DNA of 64,000 nucleotides from Candidatus Harrisonbacteria bacterium. GTDB lineage: Bacteria > Patescibacteriota > Minisyncoccia > UBA6257 > 1-14-0-10-40-38. Under the pieces are notes generated by a model. It made no database searches. It saw nothing but the letters and a program-made list of their open reading frames with translations, and was not told the origin of the DNA. Below are positions 47,863 to 57,659 of the stretch, piece after piece. The translations under genes and the position numbers were made by a program. Position 1 is the first letter of the stretch. Each line of letters opens with the position of its first letter. The DNA lies in NCBI GenBank assembly GCA_023245035.1, contig JAHFLD010000004.1:13496-77495 (forward strand), in the 5' to 3' direction.

Positions 47863-48816
47863 ATGAACAACGAAAATAAAGATTCGGAACTTGAACTAAT
47901 CGCGCCGTTGAAGGCGCGGGTTAAAAAAGATTACGCTTTACCGGCTTGTATTGTGATCTCGGCGATTATTTTAGCCCTAGCTTGGATTTACACGACGGGG
48001 CTTCGTGCTGCCAATCTGGGAAAGGCCGAGGTTAAAACCAACGCGCGAAGCACGTCTGAATCCGTGCCGGGCGCGGAAGTTACCCCATCCTCTGGAGTGA
48101 TTTTGCCAATCAGTTGGGGCGATTTAGGAGCGCAGCTGGTTAGCGCGGGGGTGATTGATGCCGAAAGATTTCAGGCGATTTACGATGGGCGCGGAGAGTT
48201 TACTTCGGAATATCGGACTCTTCTTTTGGGAAGAAGCGATGGACTGCTGCTAATAACGCCGAAGAATGCCGCCTATCTGCTGAATCTTTTTTGGGCGCTG
48301 GGGTTGGCCAACAAAAATCCGATCTTGGATGCGGGCGAAATGACGGATCCCAGATATGGCGGAGCGCACCGATTCGCTTCCACCGCCGGTTGGACAATGG
48401 CCAAAGGCAGTCCGATGGATCACTACAGCCGTCATTTGCTGATTAAACTGACGGCCGAGCAACAGGCTTTGGTAGAAAAAATATCGCGGGGCATTTATCG
48501 GCCGTGCTGTGGTAATTCTACTCACTTTCCCGACTGCAATCATGGCATGGCGATGCTGGGATTTTTGGAGTTGATGGCTTCGCGGGGCGTGAGCGAACAA
48601 GCGATGTGGCGGGCGGCTTTGGCCGTCAATTCCTACTGGTTTCCGGATACCTACTCCACTATCGCCACTTACCTAAAAAACAAGGGCGTTCCCTGGCAAG
48701 ATGCCAAGCCAGAGGAAATACTTGGAGCCGATTATTCGAGCGGCGCCGGATACGCGAAAATCGCCGCGCAGGTTTTGGAACCGCAATCGCAGGGCGGTGG
48801 TTCGTGCGGGGTTTGA
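47863..48816 (+). CDS. Hypothetical membrane-anchored Cys/His-rich protein ([14 protein letters not shown] motif)
   Basis: N-terminal TM helix. It carries a metal-site-like Cys/His cluster and sits inside a copper/redox gene neighbourhood. Confidence 0.5.
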   Translation: MNNENKDSELELIAPLKARVKKDYALPACIVISAIILALAWIYTTGLRAANLGKAEVKTNARSTSESVPGAEVTPSSGVILPISWGDLGAQLVSAGVIDAERFQAIYDGRGEFTSEYRTLLLGRSDGLLLITPKNAAYLLNLFWALGLANKNPILDAGEMTDPRYGGAHRFASTAGWTMAKGSPMDHYSRHLLIKLTAEQQALVEKISRGIYRPCCGNSTHFPDCNHGMAMLGFLELMASRGVSEQAMWRAALAVNSYWFPDTYSTIATYLKNKGVPWQDAKPEEILGADYSSGAGYAKIAAQVLEPQSQGGGSCGV

Positions 48817-48872
48817 TGAATGGATTTGGCTTAATTAGAAAACTAACAATCAACCTATTAATTAATAAACCT

Positions 48873-49121
48873 ATGATGAATAATTTCGGGTACAATCAGA
48901 TGTTGGGCTGGGGTTTCGGCGGTGGATTTATGATGTTGTTCTTTTGGGTCGCGGTTATATTATTAATCCTGTGGCTTGTGAGAGCGGCGCGAGGAGAAGA
49001 TAATTCGGGCCACCACGCGCACCAAGGCAAGTCGTCGCTCGACATCCTTAAGGAGCGCTACGCTAAAGGCGAGATTGATAAAAAAGAGTTTGAGGAAAAG
49101 AAAAAAGATTTAAACGATTAG
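48873..49121 (+). CDS. SHOCT-domain membrane protein
   Basis: TM helix, then C-terminal [24 protein letters not shown], the classic SHOCT motif. It is in frame with ORF 48606, but the start is taken at the ATG at 48873. Confidence 0.55.
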   Translation: MMNNFGYNQMLGWGFGGGFMMLFFWVAVILLILWLVRAARGEDNSGHHAHQGKSSLDILKERYAKGEIDKKEFEEKKKDLND

Positions 49122-49163
49122 TCAGAAGAATTTGTTAAACAAAAAATTTGAGAATCTTAACCA

Positions 49164-49355
49164 TTGCCTATGTTCAACTCACTATTCAAGAAAAACAAAA
49201 ATGACTCGCCGAAAAAACCGGAAACTGATCCGGTGTGCGGCATGCGAGCCAGTGATGGAATTACTTTGATGTACCGAGACAAGCTTTATGCTTTTTGTTC
49301 GGATCATTGCAAAAAAGAATTCGGCGAGCATCCCGGACTTTATTCCACACACTGA
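49164..49355 (+). CDS. YHS/TRASH-type metal-binding domain protein
   Basis: CGM...C...HC spacing (PVCGMRASDG...YAFCSDHCKKEF). Confidence 0.55.
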   Translation: MPMFNSLFKKNKNDSPKKPETDPVCGMRASDGITLMYRDKLYAFCSDHCKKEFGEHPGLYSTH

Positions 49356-49356
49356 T

Positions 49357-51471
49357 ATGGATCATCAAAATCAAAGCAGTGAAGCTAAAACCTATACCTG
49401 TCCGATGCATCCGGAGGTTGTCGCCGCCAAACCAGGGATGTGTCCGGAGTGCGGGATGCAACTGGTTCCGGCTAGAAAAAAAATGGCAACGCTCGGCGCG
49501 AGAGAAGATTCTAACAAGCACGCCGGACATTCAACGAATATCTTTAAGGCCAAATTTTGGACGAGTTTAATCTTGTCCATTCCGGTGGTCGCTTATTCGG
49601 ACATCGCTCAAAACCTACTGGGCTATCGGGCGCCGATTTTTTTTGGCTCAAACTATTTGCAGCTTACGATCGCATCAATCATCTTCTTTTACGGCGGATG
49701 GGTTTTTGTCGCTTCGGCTTATCGCGAACTTAGAGCCAGGTTGCCGGGAATGATGACCTTGATCGCGCTCGCGATTTCGGTGGCCTATTTCTACAGCGTG
49801 GCCATGGTTTTTACCCACGGCGAAACTTTGTTCTGGGAGCTCGCGACATTGATTACCATCATGCTTCTTGGGCATTGGATAGAGATGCGGGCCGTTTCTG
49901 GCGCTCAAAGCGCGCTTAAGGAGCTTTCTAAATTATTACCGGATCAGGCGGAGATTATTTTGGAGGGTAAACTAAAACTCATCGCTCTCAGTGAGCTCAA
50001 AAAAAACGATTTGGTATTCGTGAAGCCCGGAGGAAGAATTCCAGCCGATGGCCTGGTGCAGGAAGGAGTGTCGGATGTTAATGAATCCATCGCCACCGGC
50101 GAGTCTAAACCAGTTCCCAAGCAGGCGGGTTCCGCGGTTATTGCCGGCACAACCAATGGCGACGGCTCTCTTCGGATACTGGTAACCGAGATCGGCGAGG
50201 AGACTTTTTTGGCGGGGGTGATGCGACTAGTGGCCGAGGCGCAAAGTTCAAAATCACGGCTTCAAATACTTTCCGACCGGGCGGCCTATTATTTGACGAT
50301 AACCGCGGTTGTGACCGGCGGAATCACTCTCTTTGTCTGGCTGACGCTAGCTGATCCGGCTTTCGCCATCAACCGAATGGTCGCGGTACTGGTTATCGCC
50401 TGCCCGCACGCCTTGGGTTTGGCGATTCCGCTGGTCGCTTCCATATCCACGACTAAGGCGGCACGAAACGGTTTTTTAGTTCGCCAGCGTTTGGCGCTGG
50501 AGGCGGCTCGCGAGATTAACATCGTGCTGTTTGATAAGACGGGAACATTAACTCGCGGAGAGTTTGGCATTGACTCGATTATCGCGGAAGCACCGAATGG
50601 CGAGGCGGAGGTTTTGCGCTATGCCGCTTCGGTCAACAGCCACTCCGAGCATCCCTTGGCCAAAGCGATGATAAATGAAGCGACTCTCCGCGCGATCGCG
50701 ATTCCCGAGGTGAAAAACTTTCAGAGAATTCCCGGGCAGGGCGTAAGAGCCACCCTGGATGGCGACGAAATATTAGTCGGCAGTGTTTTGCTCGCCGAAA
50801 ATCGCGGCCTAAAAATCAGCGGTAAGATTAAGGCGGAAATTGATAAACTGGCGCAACAAGGAAAAACCATTAATGTGGTTATTAAAGGCGGGTCGGTGGT
50901 TGGAGCAATCGCGCTAGCCGATGTAATTCGCGAAGAATCAAGGGAGGCGATTCTAGCTCTGCGTGAAATGGGCGTGAAGACGGGCATGATTACCGGAGAC
51001 GCGGAGGATGTGGCGCAGTGGGTCGCTCGAGAACTTGGTATTGATGAATATTTCGCGCGAGTTTTGCCGGATCAGAAGGCCGAGAAGGTAAAACTTCTGC
51101 AATTAAACGGGAAAAAAGTGGCGATGGTCGGCGATGGAGTCAATGACGCTCCGGCGCTAACCCAAGCCGACCTGGGCATTGCCATCGGCGCCGGCACTAA
51201 TGTAGCGATTGAATCGGCTGGGATTATTCTGGTGCGCAACGATCCCCGTGATATCGCGAAAATAATCAGACTCTCAAAACTGACCTACACGAAGATGATC
51301 CAAAATCTTTGGTGGGCTACCGGATACAATATCATCGCTCTACCGCTCGCCGCGGGAGTTTTGTCTTCCAAGGGCATACTGCTTCAACCGGCGTTGGCAG
51401 CGGTCTTTATGTCGCTATCAACCGTGATTGTGGCCATTAACGCGGTGCTCCTGCGCCGAAAAAAACTTTAA
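49357..51471 (+). CDS. Copper-translocating P1B-type ATPase (CopB-like, CPH motif)
   Basis: N-terminal metal-binding CPMHPEV...CPECGM, TM motif [18 protein letters not shown] phosphorylation site, and GDGVNDAP hinge. Confidence 0.9.
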   Translation: MDHQNQSSEAKTYTCPMHPEVVAAKPGMCPECGMQLVPARKKMATLGAREDSNKHAGHSTNIFKAKFWTSLILSIPVVAYSDIAQNLLGYRAPIFFGSNYLQLTIASIIFFYGGWVFVASAYRELRARLPGMMTLIALAISVAYFYSVAMVFTHGETLFWELATLITIMLLGHWIEMRAVSGAQSALKELSKLLPDQAEIILEGKLKLIALSELKKNDLVFVKPGGRIPADGLVQEGVSDVNESIATGESKPVPKQAGSAVIAGTTNGDGSLRILVTEIGEETFLAGVMRLVAEAQSSKSRLQILSDRAAYYLTITAVVTGGITLFVWLTLADPAFAINRMVAVLVIACPHALGLAIPLVASISTTKAARNGFLVRQRLALEAAREINIVLFDKTGTLTRGEFGIDSIIAEAPNGEAEVLRYAASVNSHSEHPLAKAMINEATLRAIAIPEVKNFQRIPGQGVRATLDGDEILVGSVLLAENRGLKISGKIKAEIDKLAQQGKTINVVIKGGSVVGAIALADVIREESREAILALREMGVKTGMITGDAEDVAQWVARELGIDEYFARVLPDQKAEKVKLLQLNGKKVAMVGDGVNDAPALTQADLGIAIGAGTNVAIESAGIILVRNDPRDIAKIIRLSKLTYTKMIQNLWWATGYNIIALPLAAGVLSSKGILLQPALAAVFMSLSTVIVAINAVLLRRKKL

Positions 51472-51474
51472 ATT

Positions 51475-51978
51475 ATGCGCTTGCCAAAACGTTCCTGGGA
51501 AAAGTTAAAAATTTGGGATGATGGGCCGATTCATTTGACCGAAGAAGCCATTTCGCGTCTGCATGAAAAATTGGCGCAACTCAAACGCGATTTGCCGGGA
51601 TTAATTTCCGAAGCGGCGCGAACCGCGGATTATGGCGATCGATCGGATAATGCCGAATACAAGGAGGCCAAATCGGCCTTGCGCCGAGCCAACCGCCAGA
51701 TTTTAATTTTGGGAGATCAAATCAAGCGAGCGGTGGCTATCAAGACCGGAAAAAATACGGCGGGTACGGTTCAGCTGGGTTCCACGGTGGTTTTGGAAAT
51801 TGAAGGCGCGCAAAAAACATTCCAAATTTTAGGACCACAGGAAACCGATCCGGCTAGAGGAAAAATTTCCTGCGAGTCCCCGCTGGGGGCGTTGCTTATG
51901 GGTCGCAAAGCCGGAGAAATTGCCCAACTGCAGACCGCAAACGGCCCGCGAAGTTATCGCATTCTGGAGATTAAATAG
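51475..51978 (+). CDS. greA: Transcription elongation factor GreA family
   Basis: Coiled-coil N-domain and an FKBP-like C-domain (GSTVVLEIEGAQKTFQILG). Confidence 0.8.
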   Translation: MRLPKRSWEKLKIWDDGPIHLTEEAISRLHEKLAQLKRDLPGLISEAARTADYGDRSDNAEYKEAKSALRRANRQILILGDQIKRAVAIKTGKNTAGTVQLGSTVVLEIEGAQKTFQILGPQETDPARGKISCESPLGALLMGRKAGEIAQLQTANGPRSYRILEIK

Positions 51979-52064
51979 TAAAAACCGCCCGACATGGGGC
52001 GGTTTTCCAACTACGCGAATCGTAAATTGGCGGTAAAAAAGAACGAGCTGGCAAAAAACGACTT

Positions 52065-52238
52065 CTAATTGGAGGACGGAATAGTCAGTCGAGCCACGAG
52101 ATTGATAATTTCCTGCGGCGACATCTGGAGTTTGACCTCAAGATCTCGCATCTCGCTTGCTTCTTGCGGAGTCTTGTCGCTTCGCAAGGCCAGTTTGGCA
52201 TAGCGCAGTGCCAGTTGATTTTTTTCTTCTTGATCCAT
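52065..52238 (-). CDS. Hypothetical 57-aa protein coupled to the upstream gene
   Basis: A GGAG RBS lies 7 nt upstream. Translation: MDQEEKNQLALRYAKLALRSDKTPQEASEMRDLEVKLQMSPQEIINLVARLTIPSSN. Its start is 4 nt after the stop of the 52242 gene. Confidence 0.3.
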   Translation of the reverse strand: MDQEEKNQLALRYAKLALRSDKTPQEASEMRDLEVKLQMSPQEIINLVARLTIPSSN

Positions 52239-52241
52239 GGT

Positions 52242-52715
52242 TTAACTCCTGTTAGTGGATTTGATTTCCCGCAAAACTTCGCGGTAAGCAATGATTAAAC
52301 CGAAGCGGGCAAAATAGGGGCGATACTGATCATGAGAGCGATTCGGATCGGGACATAATTCATCAAACCATTTAGTGTCTTTGCCGTGCTTATCAAGATT
52401 GCGGGCAAGAATTTTTACCGAATCAATATAGGCATCATGGGCTCGACGCTGAACGGCATCGAGAGTTCGCAAATCGTCCCGACTTCCGCTTTCGCGTTCC
52501 AAGTCGCCACGACGAAGACTCAATTGGGTTTCGATGACCGCCTTGGCGTATCTAAAGGCGCGTTCTTGCATATCATCCAGGAGAGCTTTTAAACCCGCAT
52601 TCTCGGTGCACTCTTTTCGGAGCGCTTCTAAAGTAATCGGGATGGCCAAGGTTTCCACATCGCCCATTTTTTCTAACTCCTCGATCGCCGCCGGATCGGT
52701 AAAGAATTTTTCCAT
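52242..52715 (-). CDS. Hypothetical protein
   Basis: 157-aa ORF with normal codon usage and no recognisable domain. Confidence 0.5.
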   Translation of the reverse strand: MEKFFTDPAAIEELEKMGDVETLAIPITLEALRKECTENAGLKALLDDMQERAFRYAKAVIETQLSLRRGDLERESGSRDDLRTLDAVQRRAHDAYIDSVKILARNLDKHGKDTKWFDELCPDPNRSHDQYRPYFARFGLIIAYREVLREIKSTNRS

Positions 52716-53015
52716 GGCTTTTCCTCCAATTCTATATAAAAGAGCCGGAATAAGCTATATCATAGATTGTTTTTTCGTGCAACTTTTCCAACCGAAGTAG
52801 CGCTCGCCATCTCCTTTGCAGGCACCGCGGTTTCATTTTCTCCAGCGGAAAATGAACCGCTACCTCTCAACTTAAAAATTTTGACTGCTGTCAAAAACCA
52901 ATCTTTTTAAGTTTCCGAGAGTTGCCCGCCTGTTCGGCGGGCAAGTCCCAAAATACAAAAGTCCTCGCCGGTTATTGTTGAAAAATAGCTCATTTTAAGC
53001 CTATTTTAGGCCTAC

Positions 53016-53045
53016 TTGACAATATTTGGCATAGTATGCTATAGT
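53016..53045 (+). promoter_or_regulatory. Near-consensus sigma70 promoter (TTGACA, 18 nt, TATAGT) heading an ORF-free region
   Basis: CTTGACAATATTTGGCATAGTATGCTATAGT. The same TTGACAATAT box recurs at 60927 and 44425. Confidence 0.5.
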
Positions 53046-53049
53046 GCCA

Positions 53050-53785
53050 TTGTTCGTTGACAACTTCACCCCCCACTTCACCCTCTACCGGAGAACCAAT
53101 GGCCATGTAGTTTTCTAAAATTATTTTGGTCATGAACCATGATCGCCTGGCTTCCGAACACTTCGTTCGGGAGCGGATCTGAACCACCTGCCGTGGAGCA
53201 AGGATTTAGTACGGTGACTTGAAGAGCGCCTAAGAGGCTGGCGCTATGACAGAAATCAGTCCTCTCGTCGCGCGTCATTGGATGGCGCTTGGCGATGGCG
53301 ATTTCGACATCACGAGAACCAACGCAAAGACAGAGAAGGGAAAACGCGATGCCGACGCAGATAAGAGCGCCCGAGGGGCTGGCGCTATAACATAAATTAG
53401 TCTCCCGCCACGCACCAGGCAAGGCTTGGTGATTGGCGGTGGCGTCGCTTACTGATCGATCCTGGCGGTGTAGATGCAAATACGGCGAGAGAGGGTTATG
53501 CGATACCAGCGATGAGCGCCCAGGGAGTTGGCGCTAACACAAGTAAACATCCTTGGTTTAGAATCACCATAAACGATTCTTGGGGATAGACCTCTTGGAA
53601 TCCGTCTTGTCCGCTCCGGCGGACCCGAAGATGGATATTTCATCCAAGCCGTCTGGGCACCTCATTAGAATCACAAGGAACAATCAAACGCTGTTTTTTG
53701 ACCTCACGACTTTGACTTCTTTGGGATTCATGCTCCTAGCACCTTCAGCCCGTGTCGTTTAACCGCGACACGGGCTATTTTTTTT
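53050..53785 (+). ncRNA. Candidate large non-coding RNA (~740 nt) with internal ~145-nt imperfect tandem repeats
   Basis: No credible ORF on either strand. It has a promoter at 53016 and a perfect terminator hairpin GCCCGTGTCG/CGACACGGGC plus T9 at 53748-53785. Three hairpins AGCGCC-N9-GGCGCT lie at 53225, 53366 and 53515. Confidence 0.3.
53748..53785 (+). terminator. Intrinsic terminator
   Basis: 10-bp perfect stem, 7-nt loop, T9. Confidence 0.7.
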
Positions 53786-53834
53786 ATAAGCCGCGACTTA
53801 TAGATCCGGCGATTTTGATATTGCGAAAAACTTA

Positions 53835-54836
53835 TTATTTAAAATTGCTAACCTCGCGATAGGCGATCCGGGAAATACTAGAGATCGCATTTTGCAGAAC
53901 CTTAACTTCCCCGCCCTTGGTCATAACGCAGAGAAAATATGGCTTGGTCGGGGCGTAAACAATTCCGCAGTCGTGAAGTTCAACGGTATTTGAATTTTGA
54001 AGATCGCCATAGACGCCAAACTTGTGCGCGACGGGTATGCCGTTTTCCACTCCGGCGGTGAGGCCATTTTTAAATTGGACTTCGGTGAGAAGTTTGAGAG
54101 CTTGGTCGGATTGTTCCTTGTTTAAGAAGGTCGCGTTGTAGAGAATCCTAAAAAACAAAGAGTAGGTTTTGGCCGAGATGCCGTAGTCGCCGCGAATCGC
54201 GCTCGGGAGTTTGACTCCGAGATCGATAAATACTTCTTTCAAAAAATTTTCACCGATTAGATTAACCAGCAGGTCTTTGGCGCCATTATCGGAATCAACG
54301 ATCATGGAGCGCAGAAGCTGTTCGGTGGTGTAATAAAGACCTGGTTTTAAGGTATAGAAGCCGTCTTTGGCTTGGGGGCTTTCCGGATTTTCGTAGAAAA
54401 CTTTGACGGCGGAAAAATCGGGATCGGACTCCAATCGCTTGAAGTACGCCATCATAATCTGAACTTTGAGCAGACTGGCGGGAATAAATTCCTGATTTTC
54501 GTTAACTCCCATCCAGCGAGCGGCCTCCAAGTCGCGGAAGTAAACCGAGATTTGGCCAACTCGATGAGTGCTAATCTCTTGATCAATAAAATCCTGAACC
54601 TTTTTTTCTAGCGGAGCGAACTCGCGATATTCAATTTGTTCGGCGATATTGCAGGCGAGCAAGGGATTAATGTATTGATACCTGGCATCGCTCGCGCGCA
54701 GGAGGCCGGAATCAAGATAAGGGTCTTTGGCGAGGGCATCTTTAGCGGCAAGATTGCGGCCGATAACAACACCAACGAGCAAAGAAAAACCACAGGCCGC
54801 GATTGGCAATAAGATTCGTTTTAAATTCGCCATCAT
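53835..54836 (-). CDS. Serine hydrolase related to class A beta-lactamases
   Basis: Signal/TM, then an S-x-x-K motif (SLLKV) and an overall class-A-like length. Confidence 0.55.
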   Translation of the reverse strand: MMANLKRILLPIAACGFSLLVGVVIGRNLAAKDALAKDPYLDSGLLRASDARYQYINPLLACNIAEQIEYREFAPLEKKVQDFIDQEISTHRVGQISVYFRDLEAARWMGVNENQEFIPASLLKVQIMMAYFKRLESDPDFSAVKVFYENPESPQAKDGFYTLKPGLYYTTEQLLRSMIVDSDNGAKDLLVNLIGENFLKEVFIDLGVKLPSAIRGDYGISAKTYSLFFRILYNATFLNKEQSDQALKLLTEVQFKNGLTAGVENGIPVAHKFGVYGDLQNSNTVELHDCGIVYAPTKPYFLCVMTKGGEVKVLQNAISSISRIAYREVSNFK

Positions 54837-54921
54837 TTATTTTTTTTGCTACTTTAGCAAACAATAGCACTTTATGTCTGACTTTGCACCATACACAGCC
54901 TCCGGATTTTTTTGAGGTAAA

Positions 54922-56235
54922 ATGAAAGTAATGGAGTTTAGGCACTCCCCTTTTTCTTTGATTTCGAATTCCGAGTCGCACGCGGTGGCGCTGTCTTTGC
55001 GCAGTTATCTGGAGCGTTTGCGCCTCATAGAACAAGATGAAAAGTACGCAACTTTGGAAAGCTCCTTGCGCCTCCCGCAGGATACGGAGATTTTGCGGAA
55101 ATGTCAGGAGTTGGTTAAGCAGTTAGCCGGCCTCGGTTTGAAGTATGTGGTCATACTTGGAGTCGGCGGATCAAATCTGGGCGCTAAGGCGATTTACGAC
55201 GCCATCTACGGAAATTTTGACGCGCTTCAAACTCGCCGATATCCGCGGGCGATTTTTTTAGAATCCTTGAGCGGCGCCTATTTTGAAAAGGCACTCCAGA
55301 CAATTCACGCTCAGGTTCGCCACCCAGCAGAATTACTAGTGGTCGTGGTCAGCAAGTCGGGAGCAACTTTAGAAACCATGGCCCAGGCCGAGGTGCTTTA
55401 TGATCAGTTGCGCGTTTCTTTTCCGGCGATTCGCGAACGCATAGTGGTCGTGACCGATAAAGACTCGCCACTCGCGAGGGTCGCTGGCGACACGGGCATG
55501 CACACCCTCTTGATTCCACGCAAAGTCGGCGGGCGATTTTCGGTTTTTTCCGCTGCCGGACTTTTCCCGCTCTCTGCGCTAGGACATGACATCTCGGCAT
55601 TAACTAATGGCGCGGCAAGCGCCTTGCGCTCGGGATTGGGTGAGAATTGTTTAGAGAGCGCGCCGGTCTTGCTTGCCACCTTGCTTTACGCCCATTACGG
55701 ACGCGGTTCGCGAATTTTTAACATGTTTTTATTCAATCCGGAATTGGCCTCGCTTGGCGCCTGGTGTCGCCAACTTATCGCCGAGAGTCTGGGCAAGGAG
55801 GAGAATATTTATGGAAAACAGATAAATGCCGGCTTGATCCCTTTGGTTTCCCTCGGTTCCGCCGACTTGCATTCAATGGCCCAGTTGTATCTTGGCGGGC
55901 CGCGCCAGATGTTTACCCTCTTCCTTAAGGATAAACACCTTGGGGACATAAAGATTGGCGGCAAACTTTTTCCGGGGGCGGTCTATTCCGGACACACCAC
56001 GTCGGAAATTGATCAGGCAACCTACGAAGCGACTTTGGACGCCTACACGCGGGCAAAACTTCCGTTCGCTGAAATCAAGCTTTCCGATCTTTCGGAAAAA
56101 TCTCTGGGGAAGTTTATGCAATCAATGATGCTTACGGTAATGCTCTTGGGCAAGCTTTTGCGAGTGAATGCTTTTGATCAACCGGCGGTGGAGGGCTATA
56201 AGCTTAAGACCCGTTCAATCCTAGAAAAAGGATAA
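54922..56235 (+). CDS. pgi: Glucose-6-phosphate isomerase (short form)
   Basis: VVILGVGGSNLGAKAI SIS motif and PGI-family conserved blocks. Confidence 0.85.
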   Translation: MKVMEFRHSPFSLISNSESHAVALSLRSYLERLRLIEQDEKYATLESSLRLPQDTEILRKCQELVKQLAGLGLKYVVILGVGGSNLGAKAIYDAIYGNFDALQTRRYPRAIFLESLSGAYFEKALQTIHAQVRHPAELLVVVVSKSGATLETMAQAEVLYDQLRVSFPAIRERIVVVTDKDSPLARVAGDTGMHTLLIPRKVGGRFSVFSAAGLFPLSALGHDISALTNGAASALRSGLGENCLESAPVLLATLLYAHYGRGSRIFNMFLFNPELASLGAWCRQLIAESLGKEENIYGKQINAGLIPLVSLGSADLHSMAQLYLGGPRQMFTLFLKDKHLGDIKIGGKLFPGAVYSGHTTSEIDQATYEATLDAYTRAKLPFAEIKLSDLSEKSLGKFMQSMMLTVMLLGKLLRVNAFDQPAVEGYKLKTRSILEKG

Positions 56236-56307
56236 GCCGGGGATTTTTAATTTTGCGGGGACTTATCCACATGTATATATGTTATATGTTTGCTAGACTC
56301 TAGGTAT

Positions 56308-56994
56308 ATGAAAAAACACTCAACTGTTTCACTGACCCCAAAACAACAGCGTTTCTACGAAACTCTGCGGTCGCACATCGCTCGCCGTCGTGAGTCGCCA
56401 ACCGTGGCGGAGCTTCAAAAATCAATGAAGCTCTCTTCGCCGCGCGCCGTCAGCCAATATTTGGAGTCTTTGGAAAAAAAGGGCTTGATAAAACGAAGTC
56501 GTTATGCCACGCGCGGAATTTCTTTAGTTAGTTCCGCGGTTAAGTCCGGGGTTCAGATGATTACCATTCCACTCATCGCCTCGGCGGGATGCGACAATGT
56601 GAGCGTCTTGGCGCAAAGAACTTTTGATGAGTACATCTGCGTTTCCAGCGACTTGCTTCAAGGGCGAAAAAAACAAAGAGTGGTAAGTATTAAGGCCATT
56701 GGTGAATCAATGAACGAGGCGGGAGTTAATGACGGCGATTATGTTTTGGTGGAGGTGACGGACGCGGCAAGCGAAGACGATCTGGTGGTGGCGATTATTG
56801 ACGGCTTCGCGGTCATAAAAAAATTGGAATACGCCAACAACGCGGTAATCTTGAAGCCGGTTTCGAGCGATCCGGTCTACAAGCCAATCATCATGCGGCG
56901 AGATTTTACGATTTTTGGAAGAGTGCTGGACATTATCCGGCGCCCGCAACATGGCGAGTTAGAAATCGTGCCCTTGGTTTCGGGCGGGTATTAG
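56308..56994 (+). CDS. lexA: LexA repressor (S24 peptidase)
   Basis: N-terminal wHTH (LTPKQQRFYETLRSHIARRRESPTVAELQKSM), an Ala-Gly cleavage site in IASAGCD, and a Ser/Lys dyad (GESM ... K). Confidence 0.8.
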   Translation: MKKHSTVSLTPKQQRFYETLRSHIARRRESPTVAELQKSMKLSSPRAVSQYLESLEKKGLIKRSRYATRGISLVSSAVKSGVQMITIPLIASAGCDNVSVLAQRTFDEYICVSSDLLQGRKKQRVVSIKAIGESMNEAGVNDGDYVLVEVTDAASEDDLVVAIIDGFAVIKKLEYANNAVILKPVSSDPVYKPIIMRRDFTIFGRVLDIIRRPQHGELEIVPLVSGGY

Positions 56995-57146
56995 ATTCAC
57001 CGATTTTATAGGATTTTTGAGTGCTATTGACTTTTTGGGAGAAATATATATAATGACTCGTGTTCGGTTTAGGCTTGTGCCTAGCCGATTCTAGCTTCTT
57101 TGAAAATTCCATCCCCGCCTTGGAGCGGAAAAAAGGAAAGCAGACC

Positions 57147-57614
57147 ATGCTTGGTAGCTTTTTTGGTCGCTACGGCCACTTCTTTGGAGCCGCGGCGTTA
57201 CTGGCAGCACTGTCCATTCCCTTCGTGAAGATCTGCAACTCCGAGCCGCCCGCGACGAAGTCGCCTCCGGTTCAGCAGACTGACGTCGGAATCACGAACG
57301 TCAAGATCGCCATGCTCGAGACGGAGGTTAAGCGCCTCAACTCCGAGATTCTGGAACTCAAAGAAGACCGCAACCAAATCTATATCCGGTTCAACAAGGA
57401 GTTCGACAGGGTTGAGGCGGATGTCACGGAGATCCGCTTACAGATCGTGAAGAACAATGATGAGACCAAGCGGGGTCTCGACGACATGGGCAAGAACCTC
57501 ACGGCGCGAGTTGAGCGTGTTTTCACGCTCGCCGAACAGGTGAATCAGATGCTCCGCGAATTCATCAGAACCAGCACATCAAAGCCAACCGAGAGTCGCC
57601 CCGAGAAGAAGTGA
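57147..57614 (+). CDS. Hypothetical coiled-coil protein with high-GC3 codon usage
   Basis: An AAAAAGGAAAG RBS lies upstream. It has an N-terminal hydrophobic segment and a heptad-rich body. Codon usage (aag/gag/ctc/atc/gtc) differs from that of neighbouring genes. Confidence 0.5.
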   Translation: MLGSFFGRYGHFFGAAALLAALSIPFVKICNSEPPATKSPPVQQTDVGITNVKIAMLETEVKRLNSEILELKEDRNQIYIRFNKEFDRVEADVTEIRLQIVKNNDETKRGLDDMGKNLTARVERVFTLAEQVNQMLREFIRTSTSKPTESRPEKK

Positions 57615-57659
57615 CAGCGCCCATCGCACGCCCCCGACTTGTCTGCCTCTGGCAGATTG

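Noticed and set aside
52085-52291. 68-aa ORF (MLTAKFCGKSNPL...) from the track
   Set aside because: Cys/Arg-rich improbable sequence with no RBS. The alternative-frame 57-aa ORF at 52065-52238 has a GGAG RBS and is translationally coupled to the upstream gene.
53078-53479. 133-aa minus-strand ORF inside the candidate large ncRNA
   Set aside because: It has no RBS. Its internal similarity (CYSASPSGAL / CHSASLLGAL) simply mirrors the DNA tandem repeats. There is no start context. It is best explained as a chance ORF in GC-rich repeat DNA.
53225-53560. Tandem repeats inspected as a possible CRISPR array
   Set aside because: The repeats are ~145 nt long, imperfect and lack short uniform spacers, and no cas genes are nearby. 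This is not CRISPR.
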